Below, piece after piece: positions 60,726 to 64,000 of a stretch of DNA of 64,000 bases; positions within the stretch are counted from its first letter, which is position 1, and each line of letters opens with the position of its first letter. The position numbers were made by a program, and so were the translations under genes. The notes beneath the pieces were generated by a model, which made no database searches, was not told the DNA's origin, and was given only the letters and a program-made list of their open reading frames with translations. Source of the DNA: Octopus vulgaris (lineage: Eukaryota); contig OX597833.1 in NCBI GenBank assembly GCA_951406725.2, forward strand, positions 33,356,001 through 33,420,000. The letters are read 5' to 3'.

Positions 60726-63706
60726 TCTCCCCATTCCTTACCCTCTTTTACTGCCCTATATCTCTCCCCACCCCTACACACTCAATAATACTATAAAAAG
60801 AGAGGAATCATCCATAACACATTCAAATCTTCTTTCAGTTTCCGTCTACTAAATCCACTCCCAAGGCCTTGATTGGCCCAAGTCAATAGTAGATGTCACT
60901 TGCCCAAGGTACCTCACAGTGGAACTGAACCCAGAACCGTATGGTTGGGGAGCAAGCTTCTTACCATGCAGCCACTTCATTCAGAACATAGCTGGGATGT
61001 AATTAATACTACAGGTCCATCATACCCATGCGATGTGTATTAAAAAACATCTTACTCTATTTTTATAATACTATAAATATTATATTATTAGGAGTAGTGC
61101 AAAACAAGTAAAATACTTTGCATATTGTAGTAGTATAATCAACTTATTGCACTTAAATTTTAATAATAAAATAATATATGGACCCCCTTACCAAGGGCCA
61201 TACAGTCCCCGGTTGAGAACTACTGAATTTAATAATGACAGAGGTATTTTACTAAATTATTTGTTATTTTCAAAACTAATTGAAACAAACGCAATGCAGT
61301 TGAACAGAAATACTATAACAAAAGGATTAAGGGATGAAAGACAGAGAAACCTGGCAGGAGCTGATCTAAAACTGGTTATGTGATGTAACTAAATAACACT
61401 GGTTCTTTTTGTCTAATGCTCTACTGAACTCATCATTCAACACCATCATTCTGTCTGCCAATTCCACCACTGTCATTACCACCACCAACACCATTTTTCT
61501 GTTGCTCCATTGATTTGTACCATCCACCATGCATCACCACCATTTTGTTTGTAGCTCAACTGATTCATTTAAGCAACAACAACAACAACTAAAAGATATT
61601 CCTTTCTTTCATTTGCTTTTTTTTTTGTACAAAGAATGTTTCTTACATAACCTGAGATATTTGATGGGGTAAAGAAATGGGAAACAGATGGAGTACTCTG
61701 GCAATATTCCAGGCGCTACACACACACACACACACACACACATACATACACACACATACACACACTCATACACACACCTAACCACTTGAGTACCTACACA
61801 CTGAACATACATTGTATACAAAAAATATGACCCAATGAGGAAGCCTCTATGTGGTCATTCAATTTTCTGGAAACAGTAGTCAAATATCACTCAAATCGCA
61901 CCCAGCCTTCTTAGAAAAGGGCATATAGTCATGGGCTCTCTGCATATCAGAAAAGCTGAAAAGGTCATGGGTGGAATGCTTTTGGTTATAAGTCATCAAT
62001 CAGGACTAGCTTAGGGCTAAACAATGGCAACCCATGCCCACTAACACAAAACGTACATGCACATGTGCACACACGCACACACACACGTGCGCGCACTACC
62101 AGACAGAAGTATTTGAATGAAAGTCTCCACCTAGCTGCTCAACATGCTAGAAATAGCAACTAAATTTCTCTCAAACTGAACTCTACTGTCTTACAATAAA
62201 ATACTTTGGATCATGCAGTCCAGACTATACTATTCCTGAGAAAAAACGGAAATCATATGGCTAGATACATTTGATCATAGATTTTGGTTAAGCTGGGGCC
62301 GACCTGGGGCTAAAGAACATTAGCAGTTCAAATAGTTGATAACACTTTCTTCACTTATAATCTGTGATTATGAGTGGAGGTTACTTATAACTGCAGATAA
62401 TGTTATCAAACAAGTAATGTTATCAAATTTAATGTCCCAAAACATACAGAAAATACTCTTATATTTCATACTTAATGTTATCAGCTGGTTATCATTATCA
62501 ACAATAGTGGGTCCCAAACAGGCACAGAATATGCTCTATCTTCTACTTAAAGTTATCACTTATATGTTATATGTATGTGTGTGTGAGTGTGAATGTTTTT
62601 TGTGTGCATATCATTATTATCATCATCATCAACTTTCATGTTTTACACACACACACACACACACAATCATTGATGCATCATGGGCAGATGGTTAAGAAGT
62701 TCCCTTTGTAGTCATGAGATCACAGCTCCATATTTGATGCCACTGAATGACTAGTCTCTCGTGTAAAATGTACCAGAAACATGTTAGAAGAACAGTTTCT
62801 GTTGTTTTCTTGGATGTAGACTTAAACAGTCACCTAGTTTAACCCCAACACTTAATCATTGTATGTCTTTAGTGGAATATACAGTTGCAAGCATTCAGAC
62901 CAAGTTACCAGTCTAAGGACCACTTCTTTCTTTCCTCTAACCTTTCTTGGAAGCCTGAGAAAATGTCATAGATGCAATCCTTTCTCCTCTGGCAAAGCCA
63001 GAATAAAGGAAAACAAAAGAAAATGAAAAGGAAAAGGCTTCCTCAAAGCCTTTGCTAATGACATATGTAACAACTTTGATTTCAACCATAGTGTTAGTCC
63101 AAAGTTGATAAAAACTACATTTGATGCATTTTGTTTAATAAGTGACCTTTCTAATATATTTATTCCTTCTTTTAAGTTAGTAAGAAAATGGTTTGTGGGA
63201 GATTTGGTTGCTATCTTAAGCAAGTTAAGCAATGACTTAGAGGCTGACCAGTGGAAGAAATACAACATACCCACATTCATACACTGCACTTATTGTATGT
63301 CCATTTCAAGTTGTAGCACAATGTGTCACAACTGAACATTCAACTAGCCACCTACATGAGCCAAGAGAGCTTCTGTGAAGTTGCTCACTTGCCAGGAGCA
63401 GCAATCAAGTCTCTCTCAAATCACAACCTGCTAATTTAATAAAAAATAGATGGACACAATTGGATAATGCAGTCTACAGTACACTATATTTGGGAAAAAA
63501 AGAAATTTGGTCATAGCTGAAATATCTTTGGTTGTAGAACTGCTCAGTGAGGACTGAGCTAAGACTAAACAGAAACAATTAAATATTGACAGGCCATGGG
63601 CCTTATTGTATACATCTGACTGAGGATCAGCCTACAGTAAGCTACACAGCTACAACAACAATACAATAAAAGCTAATATTGCTTAATACATCAACATATC
63701 CCTCAA

Positions 63707-63926
63707 CCCTTTAGCATTTAAACTGGCCATATCTGACCCAAATATTCTACCTGTTTTATGTTCAAACTCTCTAGATTCAGCCTCTTACACCTACCTTCCA
63801 CTGTCATTCAAACAATAAGCCACCACATCATGAAAATCTCAAAGCTACATGATTATGTATAAATAATTCAAAACAGCGTGGATAAATAAGGATTAAACTT
63901 GACACAATAATCTAAATTCTAAAGGG
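63707..63926. mobile_element. TTAA-type MITE copy
   Basis: CCCTTTAG...CTAAAGGG ends. Same family as 55919-56138. Confidence 0.8.
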
Positions 63927-64000
63927 TTGATGAACTTTCACATGGTTGTTCAAACTGCTAAAATTAGCCACCAAATATCTCTCAAATCACAAACTACTAT

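Overview
This is AT-rich, repeat-dense eukaryotic genomic DNA; the SINE/LINE families and microsatellites suggest an octopus or other coleoid cephalopod (inference). It contains two intron-split genes arranged head-to-head, with only 313 bp between their start codons. DHODH (minus strand) has exons 1-4 complete and exon 5 cut by the left window edge. MPHOSPH6/MPP6 (plus strand) is complete: 5 exons, 474 nt CDS, 157 aa. Almost everything else is transposable-element derived: RTE-clade LINEs with (GAT)n tails, Penelope-like fragments, tRNA-derived SINEs, non-autonomous Helitrons, mariner and maT-like relics, TTAA- and hAT-type MITEs, and microsatellites. Five observations stand out. (1) A C4HC3 PHD-type zinc finger is embedded in the RTE reverse transcriptase. 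(2) A duplicated DHODH exon 3 kept its acceptor and gained a LINE-derived donor, making it a candidate poison exon inside a circularly permuted duplication. (3) Inverted LINE copies bracket MPHOSPH6 exons 2-3 (204 nt, stop-free), a circRNA/ADAR-substrate geometry. (4) A 52-bp near-perfect hairpin lies just 3' of MPHOSPH6. (5) A minimal hammerhead ribozyme can be reconstructed from Penelope-type repeats. No clearly new multi-gene system is evident, and most ORFs in the supplied track are repeat or microsatellite artefacts. Repeat boundaries were read by eye and are approximate.
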